Shown piece after piece: positions 52,209 to 60,593 of a DNA stretch of 64,000 nucleotides. The DNA lies in the NCBI GenBank assembly GCA_963765575.1, contig CAVXWZ010000002.1, positions 635,216-699,215 on the forward strand, written 5' to 3'. This DNA is from an uncultured cyanobacterium (GTDB lineage: Bacteria > Cyanobacteriota > Cyanobacteriia > PCC-6307 > Cyanobiaceae). The translations under genes were made by a program, and so were the position numbers. Position 1 is the stretch's first letter. Every line of letters begins with the position of its first letter. The notes beneath the pieces are model-generated. The model worked only from the letters and a program-made list of their open reading frames with translations, was not told the origin of the DNA and made no database searches.

Positions 52209-53094
52209 GGGGCCTCCTGAGAAAGACCAAACCGCTTGCACCGCAGTGGATCTGAGCAATTTTAGGCGGTAGAATGCACGCAAATCGGCTCATTTCTGCC
52301 GAAAAGCTGCCCAGAGTTTTCCACATGTACCGACGCGAGCCTCGTCATCAGCTCTCGTTTGAAGACTTCTTCCTGCCATTTGGCGGCAAGCTCTCCGGTG
52401 ATAATCGCTGGATCAAGCTGGCAGAACTCATCCCCTGGGAAGACCTGGAAGATGACTACGCGTCGCAGTTCTGCAAGGGCTTTGGTGCGCCCGCCAAGCC
52501 ATTCCGAATGGCACTCGGCGCTTTGATCATCAAGGCTCGCCTGGGCCTCACCGACGAAGAACTGGTGGAGCAGATCAAGGAAAATCCCTATCTCCAATTC
52601 TTCATCGGTCTGGAGGCCTTCCAGTATTCGGCCCCGTTTGATCCATCGATGATGGTCTATTTTCGCAAGCGGTTGCCGGAATCAATCGTAAACGACTGCA
52701 ACGAAAGGATTGTCCATCATGGCCTGAACGTCATTCGATCCGCAGAGTCAGAGGCCGACGAGGATGATGATAACGACAGTGGGTTGCACAGCAGTGATCA
52801 GCCCGCGCAGCCTGGCTCTGACAAAGCATCTTCCAACCAGGGCACCCTGTTGATTGACGCCACCTGCGTCCCCGCCGATATCCGATACCCAACGGACCTC
52901 TCGCTGCTCAATGAGGCCAGGGAGGTCACGGAGAAGCTGATTGATGCGATGCATCCTCAGATCAGAGCATCCTTTGGCGATAAGCCGCGAACACATCGCA
53001 AGAAAGCCAGGCAGCAATTTCTCGCCGTGGCTAAGAAGAAGCGACCCCGCATTGCCAAGATCCGCAAGGCCATTCAGCAGCAGCTGGGCCATCT
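52209..53094 (+). mobile_element. Truncated IS5-family element; transposase from ATG 52325
   Basis: MYRREPRHQLSFEDFFLPFGGKLSGDNRWIKLAELIPW..ENPYLQFFIG..LLIDATCVPADIRYPTDL; ends before the remaining DDE residues. Left boundary approximate. Confidence 0.88.
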
Positions 53095-53203
53095 TGAGGT
53101 GGTCTGGTTTTTCTGGACAGTCCCGATCGGCAGCCTCCGAGACGGGGTCTGCCCCAGAAAGAGGCTCCCACCGATGAGCAAGCGCCGTACCCACAGTCCC
53201 GAG
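53095..53203 (+). mobile_element. IS3-family left-end remnant
   Basis: TG-initiated end TGAGGTGGTCTGGTTTTTCTGGACAG, then an orfA-like start MSKRRTHSPE at ATG 53174 that diverges immediately. Confidence 0.65.
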
Positions 53204-53309
53204 CTTGAGGGCAGCCAGAACTTGGGCTCTGCACAGTGCTGATAGGCGGGCATCAAAGCGCGCCCTTTTTGCACCAAAATCAGACTTGCGGCGCAACGGG
53301 AGTGGTTGG

Positions 53310-53603
53310 ATGCTGCCTGACTACCTGGGCACACGCCTCAGGCACGGCGACATCGTTGGGGTCATGGCCACCAGCTACTGTCCAGCCTTCGTCGGCAGGA
53401 TCGACAGGATTCACTGGGACATCGATCCGGTCTGGCTCAGCCTGATTGATGTGGACACCGGCGAATGGCGCTCAGCTCAGCTCCAGCACGTTGTTGGGCG
53501 GCTGGAGAACAACGACCCTGCTCCAAGGGCTACGCCAGAGCCCACACCAGCTCCTCGACCCCATGAGGATCCGCAGGGCATGGGAGTGGTGTTTGCGGAC
53601 TGA
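53310..53603 (+). CDS. Small hypothetical protein, possibly DUF3104-like
   Basis: 97 aa, GDIVGV..FVGRI..LIDVDTGEWR; the DVDTG motif recalls DUF3104. Confidence 0.5.
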   Translation: MLPDYLGTRLRHGDIVGVMATSYCPAFVGRIDRIHWDIDPVWLSLIDVDTGEWRSAQLQHVVGRLENNDPAPRATPEPTPAPRPHEDPQGMGVVFAD

Positions 53604-53969
53604 GGGGTTCCATTGAGGAAAGCCGGCGCCACCGCCAGCAGGATCCGCCGGGCCGCCTACCGCGAGATGGATCCTCGCTCTCGCCGTCGCCCTGCACCGT
53701 CGGGTGCAGAGGTGAGCGGGCCGCTGGCGGTGCTGCTGCTCCTGGGCCTGGTGGGCACCACATCCGCGGTCTCCCGTGGGTCCATCTGGGAACTGGAGCA
53801 GATCCAACGGGCCGTGGAGCTGAATCTGGGGGGTCGACCGCGCGGAGAAGATCAAAATCGTCACGGCCGATGCGCCGGGCCGGGCGATGGCTGACCAGAT
53901 CCGCCGGCTCATGACGGCTGGATCCGCATAGCTTCGGAACCCATCCAGTCTCCGCGACAGATCCTTGCC

Positions 53970-55760
53970 ATGCCCCTCCGCAGTTGCTGGAAACGGAGAG
54001 CAAACCGGTGGATCCCACGTCTGCTCAGCCTCTTTCTTGCAGTGGGATTCTGCGTAGGGTTCAGTCCTTTGCTCGCCGCACCTGGCGTCGGCGGCGGATC
54101 CATCGGAACGTCTTCTGCGGTCGGTGCGCCACGGCCCGCTGCAGCCGGCCCGACCCCTCCCTCGGACTTCCCCACCCGGATCGATGTGGGGAGTTTCACG
54201 CTGGCGCCGGTGCGAGTCCTGGGCGTGCCTGTGATTCAGGTCACCTCCCGCACCGTGGGGGCAGGAGCGCAGACCATCGATGCGCAACAGCGGGCCCGGG
54301 TGATCGAGGGGAATCTCACCCTGCTTTACCAGCCTGTCCAGGTGTGCAGCTTCGGCGAACGGCTGGCCGATGCTCTCTTCCGCCGCTGGAGCAGGAGTGG
54401 GCGGAGCGACCTGTGTTCTCTGAAGGGGTGGAAGCTGAACGATCCGGAGGCCCTCGTTCTGCGCAGCCGAACGCTGCCGTCGGGGCTGGCGGTGATCGAA
54501 GCCCAGCTGCCCGGGCGCCGCTCTCCCTTCCCGCTGCTCACGGTCACCCATGCGGATGCCCAGTTCTTCGGCAGCACGCCCGGCGAGCTGGCCGAATCCT
54601 GGCGCTCGCTCCTCCAGGCCAGGCTGCGCCATGCCCGAACGGTCACGAGCCCCTCGGCCCTGCTCAGCCGTGTGGCTTTCACCGCGCTGCTGATTCTCAT
54701 GGTGGTGCTGGCGGAAGCGGGGATCATCTGGCTCTGGCAACGCGTCCGCAGGCGCACGGTGCGCCTGCACCGCCAGGCCCGGGAGAATCCCTGCACCACC
54801 AGCCTGTTGCTTGTCCAGGTGAACTTCGGGCTCTCCCGGCTGCTGCTTGTGCTCGTGTTGATCGGCCTCGTGCTGATCGTGAGCCTCGTGGTGATGGCCG
54901 TGCCCGGGCGGATCCCCCTGGGCCTTGAACTGCTGGCGGTTCCGGCCGAGGCGGCCGTCAAGGTCATCGTGATCGGGGTGCTGGCGATCGTGTTGCGTTC
55001 CCTCGCCAGCTTCCTGCTCTTCCAGTGGTCCGCGAATCTGGCCGTCGCTGCGGAGGAACAGTGCCGGCGGGAGCAGCGCTTCCGCAGCCTGCTGAAGGGC
55101 AGCCACCGATTGATCAATTTCTTCTGTCTGGCGGTGGTCGGCCTCTGGATCCTGATCGGGATTCCCGGGGTTCGCAGCTTTTCGGCGGAGGTTCTCCTGG
55201 TGGGGGGCGCTCTGCTGGGCGCGCTGGCCCTGGCGTTTCAGAGTGTGCTGCGTGATTTCCTGGCCGGAATCGTGGTCGCCATGGAGGATCACTACGCCAT
55301 CGGTGACTGGGTGGAGATCGATGCCGATCAGGGTGTAGTGGAAGACGTGGGAATGCTGAACACCACCGTGCGCTGTCTTGATCAGCGCCTGCTGGTGGTA
55401 GCGAATAGCTCCTTCTCGCGAGTGGTCAATCACACCAAGCTGCGCTCCGGTGTGGAGGTCACCTGGGTGATTGCCCCGAACAGTGCCCCGATTGAGCAGG
55501 TGCTTGCGGTGGCCAACCGGGTGATCTTGGGCTTCTCCGCTGATCCCGAATGGAAGCCCCTGCTGATGCAGCCCCCATTACTGCGGGGTGTCACCCAGGT
55601 GTCGCCCCTGGGAATCACCGTCAGCGCCCTGCTCGTTACGCGAACCATGGATCAGTGGAGGGCAGAGCGGGAGCTGCTGCGTCGCCTCGTGCAGGGTCTC
55701 CAGGAGGAACAGATCCGGCTTGCCTACATCCCGGAGCTCAAGGCTCTTCAGAAGCCATGA
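53970..55760 (+). CDS. MscS-family mechanosensitive channel with large N-terminal extracytoplasmic domain
   Basis: GALALAFQSVLRDFLAG, DHYAIGDWV, GVVEDVG..TTVR, VVNHT. Confidence 0.9.
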   Translation: MPLRSCWKRRANRWIPRLLSLFLAVGFCVGFSPLLAAPGVGGGSIGTSSAVGAPRPAAAGPTPPSDFPTRIDVGSFTLAPVRVLGVPVIQVTSRTVGAGAQTIDAQQRARVIEGNLTLLYQPVQVCSFGERLADALFRRWSRSGRSDLCSLKGWKLNDPEALVLRSRTLPSGLAVIEAQLPGRRSPFPLLTVTHADAQFFGSTPGELAESWRSLLQARLRHARTVTSPSALLSRVAFTALLILMVVLAEAGIIWLWQRVRRRTVRLHRQARENPCTTSLLLVQVNFGLSRLLLVLVLIGLVLIVSLVVMAVPGRIPLGLELLAVPAEAAVKVIVIGVLAIVLRSLASFLLFQWSANLAVAAEEQCRREQRFRSLLKGSHRLINFFCLAVVGLWILIGIPGVRSFSAEVLLVGGALLGALALAFQSVLRDFLAGIVVAMEDHYAIGDWVEIDADQGVVEDVGMLNTTVRCLDQRLLVVANSSFSRVVNHTKLRSGVEVTWVIAPNSAPIEQVLAVANRVILGFSADPEWKPLLMQPPLLRGVTQVSPLGITVSALLVTRTMDQWRAERELLRRLVQGLQEEQIRLAYIPELKALQKP

Positions 55761-55887
55761 TCGGATGGATTGATCGGACCACCCAGGGCACCACCCAGCG
55801 GAAGGCGCAGAAGCCGAATACCGCTACCAGCAGCACCCGTCCCGCCAGCGCGAAGATCACCACCAGATCGAGCAGCAGACTCTGCAT
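55738..55887 (-). pseudogene. 49-codon hydrophobic ORF, probable internally deleted Kef-type cation/H+ antiporter remnant
   Basis: Manual translation MQSLLLDLVVIFALAGRVLLVAVFGFCAFRWVVPWVVRSIHPIMASEEP; below the ORF-track length cutoff. Confidence 0.45.
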
Positions 55888-55976
55888 TCCGCCGATCTGC
55901 CTCCCGCCGGGTGTGACCTCGCCACGCTAGTCAGGTGGGGAAGGTGTTCCTAGCCTGAGGCCCCTGGGAGGCCCCG

Positions 55977-56216
55977 ATGTGCACCGACTGCGGATGCGCG
56001 CTGCAGGTGCCAAACACCCGCCACCTGGAGCTGGGCGCGGCCCTGCTCTCCCGCAACGACGCCCATGCGGCGGCCCTGCGTCAGCGCTTCGCCGCGGCGC
56101 AGCTGCCGGTGCTCAACCTGCTCTCCTCCCCCGGCTCCGGCAAGACGGCCCTGCTGGAGCGGCTGGGGCGGGAGTGGAGCGGCCCCGGCCGCGGTCCCGA
56201 AACGTTCACGAGGTGA
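55977..56216 (+). pseudogene. hypB: N-terminal fragment of a HypB-type Ni-insertion GTPase
   Basis: MCTDCGC metal motif, LLSRND, VLNLLSSPGSGKTALLE P-loop; stops at 79 aa. Confidence 0.85.
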
Positions 56217-56221
56217 GCAGC

Positions 56222-56611
56222 ATGAGCACCACCGCCCATGAGCTGGTTGAACGGGCCCGGGCCCGCATCGAGGCCGTGCCGCCGCAGCAGGCCTTCGAGG
56301 AGCTGTCCAGCGGCAAGGCCGTGGCCCTCGATGTGCGTGAGGCCTCCGAGTGGGAGGAGCACATCGAGGGCGCGGTGCAGGTGCCTCGGGGTTTGCTCGA
56401 ATTTGCCGCCGATCCCACCAGTGCGCGGCATCACAATGCGCTGGATCCCGGCGCTCGGGTGATCGTCTACTGCCGCTCCGGCACGCGCGCGGCACTTGCC
56501 GCACTCACACTCCAGACCCTTGGCTTTGCGCACGTCGCCAACCTCGAAGGCGGTTTTGTGGCATGGAAGGAAGCAGGCCTGCCCTGGATCGAGCACCACG
56601 CTGATCTCTGA
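56222..56611 (+). CDS. Single-domain rhodanese-like sulfurtransferase
   Basis: LDVREASEW..HIEGA..VPRGLLEF, YCRSGTR active-site loop, LEGGFVAW; RBS GAGGTG upstream. Confidence 0.9.
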   Translation: MSTTAHELVERARARIEAVPPQQAFEELSSGKAVALDVREASEWEEHIEGAVQVPRGLLEFAADPTSARHHNALDPGARVIVYCRSGTRAALAALTLQTLGFAHVANLEGGFVAWKEAGLPWIEHHADL

Positions 56612-56689
56612 CGCCCGGTCGGAGACCCTTCTTCCAAAGCCAGACCACAACACACTCAGGCTGCCCGCGGCGATTCTTGAAGAGCGAAG

Positions 56690-57030
56690 GGTTGCGGGCG
56701 GGATTCAGCAGGTCCTCGCAGGATTGGCTCAGCAGGGTGGCGCTGGGCCTGACACCGGCCAGCTGCAAGACGGTGGTGGCTCCCCAGGACTGCCCCATGG
56801 CCACAACCTGCTCTGGGCGCACTGGGCCCGGCAGACCCAGCTTGCCCGCGGCCGCGGCATCGATGGCCAAAGACACATCCAGCGGCCGAAGCTTGAGGTC
56901 TTCAGGATCGGGCGGCGGCACCCGGCCGGAGAGCATGGCTTGCCAGGTGGGCGCCCCAGCCCTCGAAGTTCACCGGGTCATCCCAGAGCCCATGGGAGAT
57001 CACCACGAGGCGGCCGTACCGCTGCTGCCG
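56690..57030 (-). pseudogene. Alpha/beta hydrolase remnant in two frames
   Basis: Frame 1 RLVVISHGLWDDPVNFEGWGAHLASH; frame 2 MLSGRVPPPDPEDLKLRPLDVS..GQSWGATTVLQLAG. Confidence 0.75.
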
Positions 57031-57778
57031 GGGGCCACAGGCTGACCCAAACCCCTGTGGCACCCCTTTAGGCAGTCGCCTCCTGCGGATGCCTCTTGCC
57101 ACCTCCGACATCTCGATCTCCTTGCTCGTGGACACCACCGCTGCCTTGGAGGAGATCCAGTCCCGCATCAATGCCAGGGCCTTCGCTGCTGTTACGGAGC
57201 CGACGAGGGGACCAGCCGTCCGGCACACTCATTGGCCTGGGCTGGTGTCTGCATCGAGCAAAGCAAACACGCGGCGATTCCGTAGGTGGCTGCAAGGCGA
57301 CGGACTTGGTACATGCTGAAGGAATTGTGCGTTACCAGTATCGCATTGGCATGCGTATTAGCAACGCCTGTCACCGGGTCTTGCGTTGGTCGACATGTGG
57401 CGAGTGTCTGTTGCCTGCTGTTATCAGCCAGTGGGCCGAAGATAGGGGTGCTAGGCAAACATCGCAAGAGTCGCGATTCACAACTCTCGTTGCAGTGGAC
57501 GAAAGATTCGTAGGTGGCTGGGTGCTGTAACCTAACCGGCGTTTGGCTCGCTTCCTGAACAACGGTCCAGCGATCCCCATAGCGGCGCCGGCTCCGACCA
57601 GTAGGAAACCGATCGGGGCGGGATCAAAGGGAAGGCCTCCTGGAGCGTGCCATCGGCCTCCACCCAGCCCCCGATCAGCCGGTAGGCTTTGTGATTCCAC
57701 ACTTGGGCTGGTGTTCAATGCCGAAGCTTCTGTTTTTATTCTAATTTAGGGGTTATTCTGGCGCTTCATGGGTATCCA

Positions 57779-58846
57779 TCATTCAAAACCAAATTCATCC
57801 ATTCTTATGGAATCAGCATCGGTATCGAATGGGGCAAATTGGATGCGTTGGTGTTGCAAAAAAGCATCGCTCACCCAATCATAAGTCTGGGCGGCGCGAT
57901 GCTTGCCCATGTCAAAGAGTGCGGGAATGTGTTCGACTTCATCAAGCCCCCATTCTCGATCCATATGGAAGTTGACGTGTCGATAACGGTCACCCAGTAA
58001 ATACTTAAGTGGCAAATGAAGGCCCTGGACCTGCGAAGTTCCCATCACATCAGCGACTCTAGGCGCCCAGTAAAGAATTCCAGCATCATCTCCTGGAGGT
58101 CTAAGAGAGAACTGTGCCCTCCCAGTTCCTACCGAAAGAAGATGAACTTCTTTAGTGCTATAGGTAGGGTCAATGCCTTCACGCGTACAAAACTGTTGTA
58201 TTCGCATCGCCTCACAAAACGCCAGCATGCTCGGATCAGCGGCCCATATCCCACCATCCACGTACGCATCGTCATGAATCAGCTGATGAGGGAAATATGT
58301 TGGTGCAGCCGTGGCAGCAGTGACAACATCAGAAATCCTTAGAGCCTGATCTCGTACTCCTTCAGGTAGGTGCCGCGACCTGAAAACATGTGGATGCCCA
58401 CGGCTGAGATTTACAGAGGGTATTATCAGCCGCGTGGTCTTAACCGAACCCAGTGTATACTCGGCGAAGGCATCACTGAATGCTGCTTGCAATGAGTTGG
58501 AACAGAAGCGAGAGCGGAATGCATAATCCAGGCTGATCCCTGTGCGCCACTTAATAAACCAGTCTGCCAGAGGAAAAACAATTTTGAGCGGACCCTTCGG
58601 TTTGTATGGTGGTCGTGGTGCAAATATCTGACGACCATAACGTACATAAAACTGATGCATATTTTCAGCGCTCAGTCCCAGTGCCAAGCCAGCTGCGATG
58701 ATCCCGCCGGTTGAGGTTCCTGCGATTAGATCAAAGCTTTCTACAACTGGGCGCCCTAGGCGCTGCTCCAACTCGCAAAGATAAGACGTAATAAAAGCAC
58801 CACGAATGCCGCCGCCGGCGAGAGAAAGGATCTGAAACCGTGCCAT
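57779..58846 (-). CDS. Patatin-like phospholipase, CBASS CapV-like
   Basis: ILSLAGGGIRG oxyanion loop, FDLIAGTSTGG catalytic Ser, IPSVNLSRGHPHVF..H, AAPTYFP, YVDGG catalytic Asp, LLSVGTG. Confidence 0.9.
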   Translation of the reverse strand: MARFQILSLAGGGIRGAFITSYLCELEQRLGRPVVESFDLIAGTSTGGIIAAGLALGLSAENMHQFYVRYGRQIFAPRPPYKPKGPLKIVFPLADWFIKWRTGISLDYAFRSRFCSNSLQAAFSDAFAEYTLGSVKTTRLIIPSVNLSRGHPHVFRSRHLPEGVRDQALRISDVVTAATAAPTYFPHQLIHDDAYVDGGIWAADPSMLAFCEAMRIQQFCTREGIDPTYSTKEVHLLSVGTGRAQFSLRPPGDDAGILYWAPRVADVMGTSQVQGLHLPLKYLLGDRYRHVNFHMDREWGLDEVEHIPALFDMGKHRAAQTYDWVSDAFLQHQRIQFAPFDTDADSIRMDEFGFE

Positions 58847-59210
58847 TAGCCGCAATCGCTGTAAAAGTCATAGCTTATGCGCACATCTAAATGCTCAAGC
58901 CACTGGCTGGCATGCGCGCGACTCGCAAAGATGACCAGTGTATTCGTAAATGATTGCATCATGCTTTAGGCAAGTCTTTTGATTCTATGCGATCGATGGA
59001 CGCATACTCTTTAATCGGAAGCCAGAACGGTGGGTCTCAGTTGATCTCCTGCGGTTCACCAGCCAAGTTAAAGTTACACAATGACGCAGCAAGGGGTCTT
59101 ATAGGGTTATGTATCACAGGCTCCAGGCTCCCTGACAGCTCCTTAATTACCACATGATAGCGAGGAATGGTAGATACGGGCTCAGGCTTCCTATTTTCAG
59201 AGGACAGGAG

Positions 59211-60077
59211 TCATATCGTCAGCCAATCATGAACGGAGAGAAAAGTCCGGAGACGTGAAACCGGCTCAGAGGCCTGCCGAGAGCGAGACCTCAGCCCAAC
59301 AGTGCGGCATAGGTACTGATCAGAGAATTCGACGTAGGCAATTCCAGCTAGCCCATTCCAAACAGGCATAATACTGACTCCCATCCCAACAGAGATTAAG
59401 TTAATCACCCATTCTTCGTGGTCTGCCCGATACACTACGTGGGGATGAGTTCCTGCCGCTGCGAACAGGTCCGGATATTCACGCCACACTTCACAAGCAA
59501 GCCTCTCTATGTAGGGCTCATCATCTAGATCACATAATCGAATGCTGGCAAGGTGGGTGAAACTATGGGAATGAGGCACAGCAAGCATTAATTGTTGCTG
59601 GAATAATAGTTCAGAATGCTTTTCTGGATCGGGCCCACTGACGGCGGTCAGAAGCAAATCCAATTGACCATCCTCCAGTAGATCTTGGAGCTGCTCAGGC
59701 AAACCATCGCACAATTCAAGGGTGACATCAGGGCATTCAGCTTGGAAAGCAGCGATTACGCGGGACAGGATAGAAATAGGAATAGTTCGTGTAGTACCAA
59801 GTCTAAGAATGGGATTATTGTGAAATGCTGTTAAGCCACGTAGAGCTGAATCATATTCTTTCAAGATCAGTCTGGCACGCTCTTCAAAAAACCGGCCTTC
59901 AGGGGTCTGAGCAGCACGCCGACCACCTCTCTCTAATAGCTTTACCTTTAACTCCTGCTCCAGTTTCTTGATGCCGGTTGACAGAGATGGCTGGGAGATG
60001 AACAAGTTCTCAGCCGCTTTGGTGAAGCTCCCAGTCTCCACGACTGCCAAGTAGTAACGAAGTTGATATATCTCCAT
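59211..60077 (-). CDS. LysR-family transcriptional regulator
   Basis: MEIYQLRYYLAVVETGSFTKAAENLFISQPSLSTGIKKLEQEL HTH plus effector domain; 288 aa. Confidence 0.96.
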   Translation of the reverse strand: MEIYQLRYYLAVVETGSFTKAAENLFISQPSLSTGIKKLEQELKVKLLERGGRRAAQTPEGRFFEERARLILKEYDSALRGLTAFHNNPILRLGTTRTIPISILSRVIAAFQAECPDVTLELCDGLPEQLQDLLEDGQLDLLLTAVSGPDPEKHSELLFQQQLMLAVPHSHSFTHLASIRLCDLDDEPYIERLACEVWREYPDLFAAAGTHPHVVYRADHEEWVINLISVGMGVSIMPVWNGLAGIAYVEFSDQYLCRTVGLRSRSRQASEPVSRLRTFLSVHDWLTI

Positions 60078-60081
60078 GAAG

Positions 60082-60147
60082 ATAGGCAGTATCTATGGAA
60101 CCTATCAAGAATATCGTATTGGCCTATGGAGTCAATGCCAGTATGCT
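60082..60147 (+). promoter_or_regulatory. LysR T-N11-A operator and sigma70-like promoter of the YHS gene
   Basis: ATAG-N7-CTAT at 60082-60096; TTGGCC (60119-60124), 17 bp, TATGCT (60142-60147). Confidence 0.65.
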
Positions 60148-60179
60148 ATTCAGGCAATCCATTGGGAGCACTTCCTGCC

Positions 60180-60593
60180 GTGCCACAGTTGCTGAACCTG
60201 AACGAACAAGGCTTGGGTTTGCATGGATATGATCCAGTGTCTTACTGGGAAGGCCAACCAACCCCAGGAGATGAGAACATCACGTCTAGCTACGAAGGCG
60301 CTATTTATCAATTTGCCAACAGAGAGCACAAGACAGCTTTTGATTCCAATCCCCAACGATTTACTCCTGAGTATGGTGGATTTTGTGCAGTAGCAGTGTC
60401 TGAGGGAAAGACTTTTCCGATTGACCCATTGAATTACTGCATTTCAGACGAAAGACTCTACCTATTCTACAACGGAAAACTTGGAAATACCAAGCCACAA
60501 TGGGAGCAGGATCCTCAGGCCCGGAAAGCCAGCGCTGACGAGCACTGGAACGCCAACGATCTTCTTATTGTTTATCCTAGCGCTGCCTACTAG
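60180..60593 (+). CDS. YHS-domain protein
   Basis: HGYDPVSYW, YEGAIYQFAN, F..NP..FTPEYGGFCAVAV, IDP, RLYLFYN; GTG start 60180 with GGGAG upstream. Confidence 0.88.
   Translation: MPQLLNLNEQGLGLHGYDPVSYWEGQPTPGDENITSSYEGAIYQFANREHKTAFDSNPQRFTPEYGGFCAVAVSEGKTFPIDPLNYCISDERLYLFYNGKLGNTKPQWEQDPQARKASADEHWNANDLLIVYPSAAY

Noticed and set aside
53613..53894. Small ORF with one hydrophobic segment before mscS
   Set aside because: No recognisable family; probably a fragment or spurious.
57089..57230. ATSDISISLLVD fragment resembling an ACT-domain strand
   Set aside because: Too short, and either strand could be coding; cannot be assigned without a search.
57286..57530. Cys-rich short ORFs as a RiPP precursor or secreted peptide
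   Set aside because: No leader motif, no modifying enzymes, competing frames and no clear RBS.
57779..58846. Calling a complete CBASS system
   Set aside because: No CD-NTase or ancillary cap gene is visible in the window; reported only as an orphan CapV-like gene.
60180..60593. Selenocysteine recoding in the YHS protein
   Set aside because: The GGFC position is a normal TGT codon; no in-frame TGA.
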